DNA of 64,000 bases from the human T2T-CHM13v2.0 reference genome, Homo sapiens. Where the stretch lies: NCBI RefSeq assembly GCF_009914755.1, contig NC_060926.1; one strand, written 5' to 3'. Below, in pieces: positions 1 through 62,574 of this stretch (position 1 is the first letter of the stretch; the number at the start of each line of letters is the position of its first letter). The translations under genes were made by a program, and so were the position numbers. The notes under the pieces are model-generated. The model made no database searches, had not been told where the DNA came from, and was given only the letters and a program-made list of their open reading frames with translations.

Positions 1-5
1 TTTAG

Positions 6-22468
<22,463 letters not shown>

Positions 22469-24392
22469 ACCTGAGACTGGCCTGCATGAATACAGGGTGT
22501 GCGTGAATGAAACTGCCCACATGAACTTTATGTGCTACGATTTAACTGCAGCCTTGAACACACACAAAAATATTCTTAAGGGCTCAGATTTAGCAAACAC
22601 GGAAGAATTTTAAAATGAGCTCTCCTTTCAACCCTTGTTAACAAGTGCCTAAAAATGGAAGTACCTGTTCAGATTAATCAAAGCAATAGGATTTGATTTG
22701 ATTAGGTATCTTTTTACACCAGTATGTTATTTTTAACCAAAATGTAAAGTTCTTATTAAACTCATTACCTGCCATTGTGATTGTCCCATCATGGCCCACC
22801 TGGTTTCCTGATGTTGTAAATAACATCAATGCATCTGCTGTGGGTCCTTTGCTGAGATGTCTTCGAAGGAATTTTGTTTTAGCCATATCCATCAACTTTG
22901 TATTTTACTTGCAATTTGGAAGAAGGAAAGTCACATGATGAAACTCCTTTTGTCTATAACCAGGCCCTGGCAAAGTGCAAACAGGATGCAACTGCAGTGG
23001 CACAAAGGTCACTCAATCCTTTGTTTCCAGTTTCACATTCTACTACTTCTGCGCTAGAGAACGATGCTCTGTGAGAGGCATTCACTAGTATGAATGTGGG
23101 GATATAGTGTATAAGACTTATTTGCAGTACTGTGTTCTTCAGCTAGAGGCAGCTTTTTAAATAATGCAAGTGTATTTATTAGCATTAAAATTAACATCTC
23201 AGTAATCAGCATTAGCATTTCTGAGGACCATTATTAATTCTGAGAACAGAAATTGGTGCCTTGCAAGGAAGTTTACTAGCTCTATCAACAAGCATTCAAG
23301 GTTACATCTGCTAGCAGAGTAGTGTTAGGAACCTGGCCTTACTCTCCTCTGACAATCGCAATTTTTTCTTATTTTTTATAAATTCAAGAAGATACACTTG
23401 GCATCGTGTATCGAGGCTAAGTTTTTCATGCATTTCCCAGACTACTTATGGAGAATTGCAGTTTAAGTTGCTGAAAAGTATTAACATGGTATTAAGCTTA
23501 AATAATACGTAATGGGACTAGATGGCCCACTAAGCCACTGTTATTTTCCTTCCTCTCTGGCAGGGCACTTGATCCATTCCAAAGTCAAAAACTGGACTGA
23601 AGCTAAATTTGTACTTTTCATAATATACATTCTGCTTCTGGCTTATCTTCTTGGTACATCAATATATTAATTGTAAAGTTTATTGTATAGTATTTAACCG
23701 CTGAAGTTCCTATTTTATGTTGTGCTTATGTGAACCCCTTGGTGAAGGTCCCTTTTCCTTGGATGTGTAGTTATATGATCTTTTTAAATGTACAGATATT
23801 TTGCTATAAAATCGGTGCAGTTTTTTATGGTTTTTACACTTCTCTTTAATTCCCACCTAAGCCTCTGGGTAATATTGTAAATATTGTTTTAAAATGCATC
23901 AGCCTATGCTATACAATCTGAATGTTATTTTAACTTATAGTTTTTTTTAATATATATATTTAACTATAAGGACAGTTTAGGGAACAAGTTACCTACCACA
24001 TTTCACTTTAGTGTACCTATTTACAGAAAGATTAAACTGCCACCTGCGGGCACATTCCCATAAATGTGTACTTTACTTTAAAAAGAACATGCCACGATTT
24101 TGTCTTTCTGTGGACTCAACATTCACTTCGATTAAAAATAGCAATTTGACCAAGTTGGACTTCCACTACAAAGCAGCTGTTTTCCAAAGTTCAATGCTGA
24201 CATATATGTATATTAAAATAATTGCCTATTTATTAATCTACAAATAGACAACGTTGGCATGTTCTTTTCTGTTTGTCTATTAATGGGCCTGCTTCTTAGC
24301 AATATTAGAATGTTTTATAAAAGCAATTCATGTTACTTTTCTGGTCTTTTCATGGCATATGAGCAAATAATAAACTATTTACACTACTATTC
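22469..24392 (+). other. FMNL2: FMNL2 3'UTR (end approximate)
   Basis: AT-rich stretch with no repeats I could recognise, between the stop and AATAAA at 24369, followed by U/GU-rich sequence. Confidence 0.8.
24369..24374 (+). terminator. Poly(A) signal AATAAA of FMNL2
   Basis: AATAAA with downstream tattctgtaatatgttgt. Confidence 0.8.
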
Positions 24393-25039
24393 TGTAATAT
24401 GTTGTAATCTTTCAATGGTACAATTTAGGGGGTTTTAGCAATATTATGTAGACTTACCTTCTAGAAACAAATATATCTTGCTATTTGAACTCAGAATCCA
24501 AATATACTTGGTAAACGTCAGGAAGGATTCCTCCCTATGTGAACTCTTGACCGCTTGCTATATAAAACATAGACAATGGATCTTGGAAGTGAGACTACAT
24601 CTCCAAAATTGCATTTATAAACATACACCTTCTAGGTAAACAGCACCTTTGTTTGGTGAAATGCCACAACGCCCCCAGCAGCCCCACCAAATGTTACAAT
24701 TAGGATGTTGTACAAATAAAGATAATAGGCTATATATTAACTGCATAGTTAACCCTGCACCCAATAACCATACCAGTTGGCAAGGCAAACAAGCAGTTTG
24801 GCCCCCATTGCACAAACAGTTGTAATAAAACTCCCAGTCATCAAAAGTTTATGTGTAACATTTCATATGTTCTTTTTATGGAAACAAGAAAAATTTTAAA
24901 TTTTAGAATACCTTTCAAGTGGCTTAAATTTAGAGGCATATATATTATAGTCATTTAAGGAATTATAATTTATATAATTATTGTCACAACTACCACAGCG
25001 TACTTTGCATTTGTCACACACAACTGCTTACAGATTAAA

Positions 25040-25200
25040 GGCAATAATCTTTATTCCTCACAAGAAGCCTGTGAGGTATTTAACACTGTTGTGCACATTG
25101 GGAAACTGACTCAGCAAACTGACTTGCCCAGGGTGCAATCTAATAAATGCCTATAATAAAGCCTTAGGTCTTTTGTTCGCAATTCAGTGCACTTTCCACT
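25040..25200 (-). mobile_element. MIR (intergenic)
   Basis: gggaaactgactcag...tgacttgcccagggt. Confidence 0.6.
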
Positions 25201-25659
25201 AAACCAGTTATACAATGTGTTAGAAGCTTTATTTTATGAGAGAAAAAGTCTTGCGATCAGTAAGGATCTCTACTTTTGTTTTACCATCAGACTGGTGCCT
25301 AATGGTAAAAGAAAAATCTTTTAATATTCCACAAATTCAGAATGTTTTCAAACTCAACTACAGCAGTTAAGTTCAAATGAGGCAGACAGAGTAACATTCA
25401 TCTTTCTTTTAAAAGGTATTTACCAATGACTTTGAATTAAATACTCACGTTCCCCACTCCCCATCATCTAACACTGAAATTCACTGCAGTGCCCAGTGGC
25501 CATCCTGACTCAACTCTGCTCTCAATAGAATAGGGCTTGATACCCATCACTGACTCTGCTTTGGTTCAACATACTGGAATCTTCTCTGTAGAATAAGGTG
25601 ATTTTACACTGGAAAATAAATAGATGATACATTTCTTATACTCGCTCCATAATCCACAT

Positions 25660-25941
25660 TTTGTTTGTTAGACAAGGTCTGGCTCTATCACCTAGGATGG
25701 AATGCAGTGGTACAATCTCGGCTCAGGGCAACCTCTGCCTCTTGGGCTCAAGCCATCCTCCCACTTCAGCCTCCCGAGTAGCTGGGACTGTAGATACGCA
25801 CAACCACACCTGGCTAATTTTTCTAGAAATAGGGTTTTGCCGTGTTGCCCAGGCTGGTCTCAAACTCCTGAGCTCAAGTGATCTGCCTGCCTCATCCTCC
25901 CCAAGTGTTGGGATTACAGGCACAAACCATTGTGCCCAGCC
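25660..25941 (-). mobile_element. Alu (AluJ-like), intergenic
   Basis: Dimeric Alu sequence. Confidence 0.92.
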
Positions 25942-26294
25942 ACACATACCTATTTAATGTTTGATAACTCTTCTTAACCCTAATATATTTCCTAATTTTT
26001 ATCAGAAATGTCTCCAAAGATGAATTTATCAGATTTCATCAAAAGGATTTGTTTTCCATTTCTTTTTAAACTAACAGCCCATCTATGCCCAAGAAAAATC
26101 TGAAGAAACAAACATGTACGTGAAATCAGTGATGGGTTTTTTTTTTTTTTTAAGTCTTTTTATCAAGAAAAAGAGGAATTACACTGAGAAAACATAACGT
26201 GGGCCTCCAGCAACTCTCACAGCATAGAGCTTGCTGCCTGAGTGGTGCTTAAAGGAAAAAACTGACACAAATCCAATTTAGTAAAAGATACCAT

Positions 26295-29200
26295 TTTTTC
26301 TAATAAATTATATTTATTTACAAAAGGTCTAATTTTATATAACTATGAGGTTCTTTTACATCAGAATAATATATAAACAGAGGTGAAAATCTGGTAATTA
26401 CAAACACAGAAAATAGAAACCTTGTTCCCTTATTTATTACTCACCTTTCAGAACAAGTCCTTGGCTCAGTTGTAGAGGTGGGGAAGACCAACACCTACCG
26501 AAGTTTGCAGGCAGGAGCCCCCAAAAATGTTTATAAATAACACATTTAGATACCCTAAGGAACAGCAGTGAAGAATAGCATCAAGGAATGGCTTAGTTTG
26601 AATCTGATCTAATTCACCAGCCACTCACTGTTTCATTGTCCACGACTAGGGGCAGGGAGGATTAGCCAGTATGAATGTCAACTTTACAAGTAGGGTAATT
26701 ACCATCAAATTAACAATTACCAATCACTAGCACTGAGATGGCTTTGAACTAGATCCTACTGAGAATCACAAAAGCAGTTTTGATAGTCTTAAGCTATTAT
26801 AGCTAAGTGTCTTAAAATGGAGGGTTAGGGAGAATGTGTGGGTAATTAGAGCAAAATCATCTCTCACTTTCCACCTCACCTTTAAGACAGCTCCAAAAAA
26901 CTGAGTGCCTGACATGTCACCATATTTCAGCCGTATTCAAAAATAGCCCAAAATGATGAGTTTTCAACTTTAAATTGTATGTTCTCACAAGTTTTGGACA
27001 TGTCTGAAGTAAAAGCTAAGGTACAGTCACTGGACCTTATTTTGGGTGCACTTCAATTATGACTGTGACTTTAGTGGTGGGTTAGTATGGTTTATTGCAA
27101 TGATGCTTTTTTAAGCCCTTTAATACAGATGATGGGTACCATGGATGCCAGATGAATACATATTTCAACTAGTATTTTACATTCATTCCAAAAGTGCCTA
27201 TTATATGCCAGGCACTGTCCTATTCCACAAGGATATATAACAGTAAATGAACCAGATAAATCCCTGCCACCGAGGAACTTACATGACCACCAGTTAAAAT
27301 CAAAACAATTGGAAGAGTAATGTAAGAATAAGGATGGTAAGAATCATCAGACTGGTATACGCCATTACCAGAAGCACAGAATGAGATTATAAGCCTGTTA
27401 GAACACAGTTCCATGAAAGTAACGACATTATTTTGCTTTCATGTAAAATGAGTGTAATTTTATATAGAGAATGTAGGATGGTTGAATTAACATCTACCTA
27501 ACACTGAGAGAAATATATACCCAAGGGAAAATAAAAAGTCTCAGATTTAAGATAGAAGGAATTAATGTACTTTGCTTCATTTTGTTTAGAAAGTTTTAAA
27601 AGCTGAAGTTTTTTAGTTTGATAATTTATATTTAAATTACATAATATACTTAAATATCCTTTTTTAAAAAAGCATTCATCACTCCTCCCTGGGTACTATG
27701 TGATTACAAATAGTTTTCTCTTACATAGCATCTAAGCTTAAAAAAAAAAATCTTCATATAAAGGGAGTTACTCCTTTCTGGATGCAAAAATACGAGTGGC
27801 TGCATAGCCAGCACTCAGCTGACTCTAAGACCAGAAGAAAACCGGGAACATTTAGACAAATGTTTTTTAAAGCATATAACCAAATTATATAATTGAATGA
27901 AAACTGAATTACACAGTTTGAAAACTTTCCAGAAAAATGCACACAGGTTTTTTTCTAGGAGTTTTTACAGTTTCTTCATCCTACCATTAACTGATTCCCT
28001 TACTTTAGGACAATCCTTTTTCATGTTATAGTTGTACGAAGTGAGGCCCATAAGCAAAAGTCAAAAGATGACAAAGCTGTGACAAATCATTATCAAATTT
28101 ACTGGGAGGCATAAAATGCACTTTTGAAGTTGGAAAACATCAATAACTTATATGCTGAAGCTACTCTGGCTAATGATAACAAAATGCCAGCTACTATGCT
28201 GAAAAAAATGTGGTGGGACCACTGCTTTTATTTAAAAGCATTACATTATTTAAATTCACTTAGGAAGAGTGTATACTTCATACTTGATTAGCTTAATTAT
28301 CTAACTTTTCATACAAATTCAATTTTCGCACAAAGAAATATGAACTGGGAGAAAAAAATATTTAAAGTCCTGATTTTGAATAACTATGATATTAAATGTA
28401 TAAGTGAATTTGATCTAATAGTTCATTAGTATTAATGACACTGGGGGAAGACAAACCCTCAACATTTTCCTAAGACTCCAAGACTTTAATGAAAAGTATA
28501 AATTCCCCTTATCTGAAAATAAACACGCTTTCCTGTTTTACCATATTTAACTCTAATAGAACCAATATTCCAAGACGTTTCAGTTTTTTACCAAATTGAA
28601 GATTTAAAAACATAACCTATTAGTTTAAAAATATTCACAGAGAACAAAATCTTATCACCTGTGCCTTCAGACTGTCAAGTATCTTTCTAGCAACTAAATC
28701 CCATTTGATGGGATCCTGAAAGGTAGACAAAGGATCACAGTCACTTAAGTTACATCTTTTATGGCAAGGATGTTGCATTTTGAATTGCAATTGGCTTACT
28801 ACTATGGTTGTTTTTAAGTCAAATAATTTTCATGGGTGAACTACAGGGAAACTTTATACTGTGTTGTAGGGATTTGCGGTTATAGTAAGATTATCTCTGT
28901 AAGAAATACAGGAATCTATTTTGAGGACATGCTAAAACACATCAATAGCTTTTTATTTAAATAGAAAAATCAAAACTTTAAAGTTATACTTTAGAAATAA
29001 TTCATGGAAGTAATTAATGTTTTCTACAGATTCTAAGATTCTTTTGTGAAACATCAGTAGTATATATTTGCCAGTATCAAATGCATACTTTAAAGATTTG
29101 CCACTGACTTCCATGTCAAGTGATTGACATGATTAGCAATATTAACTCACTACAATGGGACCTCTGAAAATTGAGTCTAGACAACTCCCTGTTGCCAAAG

Positions 29201-30867
29201 TTATTATGTGTTTTGGCTCTAATATACAATAGGAGACTAATCTCAAGCAATTTGATTACTTCACATTTTCTCCAAGATGAGTCTTCCTACAAGCCTGGTC
29301 ATATTTCACAGCAGAAAAATGACTTGGGAGACAAAATGAGAAACAATCCCCTCACCCACCCCTTCAGCCTTTAAAGAGTAGACATTATATTTAATTCAAA
29401 CGGGGCAAAATGGGAAAGAGACATTCTGGTCAGGCCCACTTTCAAAACTCACTAGGATGGGTAAGAAAAAAACTTTTTGTTCTTCAAAATCCCAACTTTG
29501 AAATAGGATCTCTTCAAGTGTACACATTAAAAGAATAACACAGATAATACCGAAGAATAGGTGCTAAAATTTACTTATTTACTTAAAAAATCTCCTGCAC
29601 TGAAGGAAAATAGTATAAATTACATTACCAACCTTCAAAAGTTAGCATGTAAAGAGTATTCTGTCTTCAAACCACAGCCTCTCTAAAATAGTCTGTAAAA
29701 AATTCATAGGTGAAAAACAAATCTAGGGACCTCAAATGCACTGATTTATAATATTCTTAAATATTAAAAAAGGAAAGTAAACTAGCGGTGTGGGTAAGAT
29801 GAAGCAAAATTTCAGGGATTTAGTACCTTTAAAGTGATCATACAATTTCTTTAGAGCTGAGCAGTTTAAGTAGAAATAAATACTAGTACACACTAGAAGA
29901 GAAGGTTTAATAATTGATAAAAATGTACAAAAATATTCAAATCAGAAATGCTTTAGAATGTGTACCACGAAGTCAATACTTCTCAGTGAGTAGGGAAGGC
30001 AAAATACTTCCTCAATAGCAGGGAAAAAAAAGCAAGAGAAAGACTGAATTTAGAAAAAAAAGACAACTGTTAAAGAAAATGTTTAAGTCAACTTTTTTTT
30101 TTTTTTTAGACAAGGATATTGCAACTATCACTTAAAGTCTGGTGGCACATTCTTTAGTAGGTCCTTAAGGCAATATATTTAAATTAATTTACAATTTGAT
30201 TTGATGTTAAAGTTTTTTTAAACATCACCTCAAAATAGATGCTCAAAATAATGCCCTCACAATAGCCTTTGTAAAATGTATTCAGATGTTTGATAAAAAA
30301 TAATGGTGGCTTTATATTACAGTAGTGCTCATTAGCACCACTATAATTAAGGGTCTACCAAGTTTCCAGCAAAACCACCTGTTTCTTAGGAGTTTCACCA
30401 TAAAAGATCACATTGGCTTTAACCAGTTGGGTAGCGCACAAAAAAGCAATTTTTATCAGTTGCTGGTGCTTTTTTTGTACTACTATATTATCAAAAAATT
30501 TTTCATTAGATCTTCAAAATCCAGCTTCTATAAAGTAAATCAAATCACCTCATGACTTAGATTTTAGAACAAAGTAGAGACATCTGCAGTTATCAGTAAA
30601 TTGCCACCTTTAATCCATCCTACAGTGCCCTGTGAAAGGGTCACAGAAAGACAGTTATGACTGTATGAAAATATGATTCTTGATACAGAATCAAAAGTTA
30701 CTTTCAATTTCCTTTGCTTTTATAAAGTCCACGATAACAATACTTAAATGCACTTTTTTTTTCCTGTGATATAATTAAAACCCAGTGTTATTTCAGTTGA
30801 ACTTAAAATAGAGTCCCTGGTCTGAATCAGACTTTAAATCATACTGTAAACATATATTTGGTATAAT
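26295..30867 (-). other. PRPF40A: PRPF40A long 3'UTR with several candidate alternative poly(A) sites
   Basis: Follows the stop. Minus-strand AATAAA at 26313, 27091, 28227, 28952 and ATTAAA at 29906. Confidence 0.65.
26313..26318 (-). terminator. Distal poly(A) signal of PRPF40A
   Basis: Minus strand reads TTTTGTAAATAAA (UGUA plus AAUAAA), with GU-rich gatttgtgtcagttttt downstream. Confidence 0.7.
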
Positions 30868-55898
<25,031 letters not shown>

Positions 55899-57399
55899 CT
55901 AAAGAATAAAGATTAAAAAAGATGTAAATTATGTAACAATGCCATTGACAATATCAGTATCATTAGTTCCAAGGCAATAAATATATTAAGAAATCAATCA
56001 AAAGTAAAAACTGGGCATATTTTGACAGTTTAAGTAATCTAGAATAATTCATCAATACAAGTAGGAAGGGAACTGAAAAACAAGGTTTTTAGAGTACTTC
56101 AAAAGCAGCAAGGGTAAATTCAAGTTTCAGGATCTCTCTGAATTACAAAGATAAGACTACTCTCCTAAGAACAGTAACTTTATAGCTTACATACAAAAGA
56201 CAATCTTTCAGAATACAAATCTGTGCCTAGTGGATAAAGAAAATATAGGAACTAGATGCTAATATATTTGAACTGACTATGTGATCATCTATTCATCTAC
56301 TGTAGTCCAAGGAATACTTGTATCAACTTAGACAAAGTTCTAATTGATATTCCATAAAGAAAGACACAGCTGTCAAAACACAGCTTCTGGACAACAATCA
56401 GAATTTAACTATCAACAAGATGAAATTTAACAGGGATAAAATGTGTATGTGAATGCCTCAAAACAAGATAGGTGAGATAAAATTTTACATGAATGAAACT
56501 ACAGAATATAAATCCACTATTAAGGTCAACAGAACACACTAAGAACCTACTAGAAGTTGCTAATGATACTCCAGGCAACACTAGACATCCCTCAGATAAA
56601 AGTTGGTTAAAAGTTTTAAAAGGCATCATGAATGAATGATTTACTAAATGATATCAAAGGTAGTAAACCTAGTTTCAAGCACCAGATTTTCCAGATGGTG
56701 ACAAATTTAACTATGCTTGAAGGGTTACAAAAATGATTTATATAATATTCCCTCAAATCTAAGACATATTATTGTACAAACCTCTTAAGAAAAAATAAAA
56801 TCGCTGTCAAATGACCCTATGCTTTTTTACCAGATTTTACTTCAAACTTATTGAAAGTTAGTCTTACTTCCACATTAATTTTACCATATACCACTTTTAT
56901 GCATACATAATGAGAAAAATAGGCAAATAAAGTACTTAAGAGATCCCTTAAATTTCCTCACACTGAGACTTTCTGTGTCAGAGTTGCTGATATCCATTAT
57001 ATTCCAAATATAAGCCCTTTAGCATCAAATACGTTGGTAATATAGTATATCTTTAAAAAAAATCATAAAACAAGTGAAAAATCACTGGTACTGGTTCTTA
57101 ATGTCTTTTGTACCTATTTAAAACGCTGATTTTTTATTTTTTTCTTATCAACTTTAAAGAGTAAGAGCTGACCTAGTTTTGACTTCTGTTTTGGGAATGT
57201 GACTGAACATATGTGATTCATTTCTTTACCAATTTTTTCACCATAATCATTTTATTCCTAGCTCCTAAGGGAGTGCCATTACTTTTATAATTTTCTTTGA
57301 AACCAGTGACATCCATTCTTTTGATGTGGGCACTTTTGCTGTTTACTCATGCACAACTGCTACCCTGACAACGGAGGTCACAGACACTATGGATTACAG

Positions 57400-57702
57400 C
57401 AGGGGTCTCCAACCCCGAGGCCATGGACTATGGAGCAGTTCCAGTCCGTGGCCTGTTGGGAACCGGGCCGCACAGCAGGAGGTGAGCAGTGGGTGAGCGA
57501 GCAAAGCTTCATCTGTATTTGCAGGCGCTCTCCATCACTCGCATTACCTCATGAGCTCTGCCTCCTGTCCTATCAGTGGTGGCATTAGTTTCTCATAGGA
57601 GTGCAAACCCTATCGTGAACTGTGCATGTGAGGCTGCATGCTCCTTATGAGAATCTAATGCCTGATGATCTGTCACTGTCTCCCAACTAGATGGTCCCAT
57701 CT
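57400..57702. mobile_element. MER1A-like hAT element, truncated
   Basis: caggggtctccaacc...agcttcatctgtattt...gagaatctaatgcctgatgatctg. Confidence 0.82.
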
Positions 57703-57795
57703 GCAATAAATTTCTGCATGCTGTAGCAGGATAATTAGATAATTCCAAAGCTGTGTTAAATTCTAGCACTTTAAAATGGATAAAATCACCATAAT

Positions 57796-57866
57796 ATCTC
57801 CAAAGCAAATATAAAACAGGTGCTGGAAAAATCTCCAAAGCAAATATAAAAACAGGTGGTGGAAAA
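57796..57866. repeat. 35/36-nt tandem duplication
   Basis: atctccaaagcaaatataaaa(a)caggtgStggaaaa x2. Confidence 0.92.
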
Positions 57867-59414
57867 ATAATCTGGCTTTCTGCTATTAGCCTGCTTTAAC
57901 TTCTTTTCATCAAAAGGTGGTGCAATTAGAAACACAAATGTGGAAACTTCGACTATATGGTAATGCTTTATTTCACAAATTAAATGGTGTTAAGACAGAT
58001 AAAGGGGTTTATATTTTCCTTTTAAAAACAACTAATGATGTCAGTAGCATCTCAAAACTGCACCATCACCACTTAAACAGAGTTCTACCATAAGCTGCAA
58101 AACTGTGTAGACTATGTTCAACTTTTCAAGTCACATCTGCTAAGGAGCATCAAGGAAAGAGCAAAATCAGCAAAACCACAAGGAGATAAAAGAATAAAAA
58201 AGAAAAGGACACTGTATAGTTGACCAAATGATGAGGAGGGAGAGGAGACACAAGCTAATAAAACAAATAGAAATCAACTTAATATTCTCTAACTATTTAT
58301 TTGAGCCTTATAACTAATTACACTACAAAGCAGGTATAATCACTATCTTTCTACAGATAAGAAAACCAAGGTTTAGCAAGGCTGGTAACTTGCTCATAGG
58401 GACTTGGGAAATGACACTAGAACATCGAGCTGCTTTTCAAGACCACAATTATTTTATTACCAACAGTTATTATGCTAATAAAAAAATTAGATATGAAACA
58501 GCAGTTCTGGGAACTGAATTAAAACAACTTTTTTGGGGGAGTAGGTAGATAAACTGGGAGTGTATCAGCAAAATAAGGGATAAAGTTATCCTTACTATAT
58601 CTACAATCAATATGAAAACACAGTCTAATGGAAAAATAAACATGGCCATAGACAGAATACAGTTATTATATTAGATGTTCAACTTCACTAGCCAATCAAA
58701 AAACCACACATTAATAAAAACTTTTTGCTCATCAGATAAATGACAAAGACCATTAATATACAATGCGAAAGGTGTGTGAGAAAAAGGGTACTTTTTCTCA
58801 CTCTCATGTGTTACTGTTGGGAATGAAATTAGCATAAAGGCAATTCAGCAGTTCTTACAAATATTAAAAATGCAAACATCACCGCTTGAACCTGAAATTT
58901 CACTCTGAAAACTTCCATTCATATTGTTGCAAACACGTACAAGGACGTTATTTATAATATTACGTGTAATGGTGAAAAATTACAGTTAACTCAATGTACA
59001 CCCATAGGAAAACAGGTCAATTATGGTCCATTCGTATTACTGATTATCCTATTTGTAATAAGATAGAAAATGTCTAAAATGCAGTGCCAAATGATACAGT
59101 GGCAAAAATTTATACAGAAAAATCATTTGAAATGCAAAGAAAACTGGGCATAAGGAAAAAAGCATACACATGTAACTATCACAAGTAATAAGCTCTTCAG
59201 AGTCAGAAAAAGCTAGTCAACAAGACACAACAGTTTTAAAGAAATTCAATATACTCAAACTCAACCTTCTGTGTGTCATGGAGACAAACACATATACACA
59301 CACATTTGTACAATGTATAAACTGAATTTATGAAAACTTAGAAAAAATGGCTAAATCCAAACACTGAATAGAAAAATCCCCTCACTACTCTAAATAAGGA
59401 AAATATTAAAAAGC

Positions 59415-59784
<370 letters not shown>

Positions 59785-60626
59785 CTAGAGAAAATGATTT
59801 CCAAGCAAATCACTTAACCAAAATTGACCCCAGAAAAAGCACATCACACTTGAACATCCCAACAACACAGACACAACAGAAAGATACAAAACCAGATGGT
59901 TTCACAGCAGAATGTTATACAACCTTTAAAGAACACAGAATTGCAATGTTACATCATGATTTCAGATTATGGGGAAAAAAAGATGAAATGCTCTCCATTA
60001 ATTAACAAGAAGCAGAAAAGATACCAAAAGAGCATCATGAATTTAAATTTAACAACATACACACTCTGACCAAGCAGAATTTACTGTAGAAGTGCAAGAG
60101 TAGTTCAATATTAGAAAATCTACAGAAGAAATTATTTCCACTATCTAATCAAATGAAAAAAAAAAAAAACACGTGATCCCACTATTAAACTTTGTATGAT
60201 CAAATCACACCCAGAAAACTAAGTTCACAAGTATTCAAAAAATAAAAAAATAAAAGCAAAATGCTCAAATGAAATAATTTAAGAAATAAAAAACCTAAAT
60301 GATTAAAAGGCAATCAGTTATCACCCTAAAGCCACTTCCATTAAAATCACAAAAACATGCCTGGAATCACTAAAATTCTAGCAAATATACCACAGCAATA
60401 AAATGAAATTACTGGTGTAAATTTTGGAGAAGTAAAGTTCTCTTGCCTTTACTATTTTTACACATATAAAATTCCAGTGAAATCTAGTTACAGTTTTAAA
60501 ATACTATTTGAATTGATAAGGAAATCTGGTAATGTCATTGGTTACAAGACAAATACACAAAATAATCTGAATAGACGATAACCAGGTTAAAATAAAAATA
60601 GGAAAAATACTGTACTCACAATGTAA

Positions 60627-60878
<252 letters not shown>

Positions 60879-61304
60879 TAAAAATAGGGTACCTATTTAC
60901 CTTACCTAAACAGAATTTAAAACAAAAATCATAATGGAAAAGTGGGAGACTATATACTGGTAAAAAGTAACAGATCAAAAATTATCCTAAACACATATGC
61001 ATATGGCAATTTAACCTTGAAATTCAGACAGGCAACAGAAAAATACAGGGAGAAACAGATGACTCATCTTTTCTAGTTAAAGATTTTAATTCACTATCTT
61101 CTTATGTAGATCCAAGCAGATGAAAGACATGCCAAGATGCAGGAATAACAAAGTAACTTTATATAGCACACAGAATATTCTTAAAAACTAGCCCTGAACA
61201 AGAACATACATGAAGCTTTAATAAACTGTAAAGAACTTTACATCTTACAGACTGTACTTTCTGATCATAATGCAATAAGGATAGCTCATAAAAAAAAAAG
61301 TTCC

Positions 61305-62510
61305 CCAAAGATACAATCCATGAAATAATTGATAGGCTGAAATAACAGATTTAGTTTTCATTAAAGTTAGAAACTTCTGCTCTGTTAAAGATAGTCTGAA
61401 GAATGAGAAGATAAGCCACAAACTTGGAGAAAATAGTTGCAAAAGACTTAATATGATAAAAACCTGTTATCTCAAAACTCTACAATAATAAAACAATCTG
61501 ATTAAAAAATAGGCAAAAGATCCAAAGAAACACTTTCCCAAAGATGTAAGGATGGCAAATAAAAAGATGCTCCACATCACATATAATTAGCCACAAATTA
61601 AAGCAAGATACATTACACACCTACTAAAATGGCAAAAGTCCAAAACACTGATATTATCAAATGTTGGTGAAGGTGTGGTATACCAGAAATTCTCATTCAT
61701 TGCTGTTAGGAATTCAGAGTGGTGCAGCCACTTTGGAAGACAATTTCAAGGTTTCTTAACAAAACTAAACATACTCTTACAACACAATCCAGCAATAGTG
61801 CTCCTCGTTATTAATATCTACCCAAATTAGCTGAAAACTTACGTTCACACAGAAAACCTGCACATGGATGCTTTACTCATAATGACCAAATCTTGGGAAC
61901 AACCAAAACGTTCTTCAGTACATAATGGATCTGGATGTGGTACATCCAGATAATGAGTATTATTCAGTGAGAAAAAGAAATGAAGTATCAAGCCATAAAA
62001 AGACAATGGAGGAAACTTAAATGCATATTACTAAGTAAAACAAGCCAATCTGAAAAGGCTACATACTGTATGATTCCAACTATATGAAATTCTTAGAAAA
62101 GCAAAACTACGGAGGCAGAAAAACAAACAAACAAACAAACAAAAACAATGGTTGCTGGAGTAGAAGAGGAAGAAATGAATAGGCAGAGCACCAATTTTTA
62201 GAGCAATGAAACTATTCTGTGTGATACTGCAAGGGCTGATACATACATATTCATTATACATTTGTCAAAATATATAGAATGTACAATATTAACAGTAAAC
62301 CCTGATATAAACTGTACTTTGGATGGTAACAATTTGTCAATGTATATTCACCAATTGTAACGTATGCACCAATCTGGTGTGATATGCTGACAGTGTGGGA
62401 GAGCAGTAAGTTATGTGTTGGGGTGGGGGGGCCTATAATCTGGGAACTCAACTGTCCACTTTATTTTGCTATAAACCTAAAACTGCTCTAAAAAAACAGT
62501 TATCTATTTT
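61305..62510 (+). mobile_element. L1MC-like 3' end
   Basis: aaacttctgctctgttaaaga...agccaatctgaaaaggctacatactgtatgattccaactatatga...aacctaaaactgctctaaaaaa. Confidence 0.82.
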
Positions 62511-62574
62511 TTAAACAAAAGTCCCATGTCTGGAAACCAAGAAAAACATACCCCTTAATAAAGAAAAAAAAGAT

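Noticed and set aside
22674-22895. 73-aa ATG-initiated ORF antisense to the FMNL2 3'UTR
   Set aside because: No recognisable homology; length within chance expectation; lies beyond the PRPF40A poly(A) site
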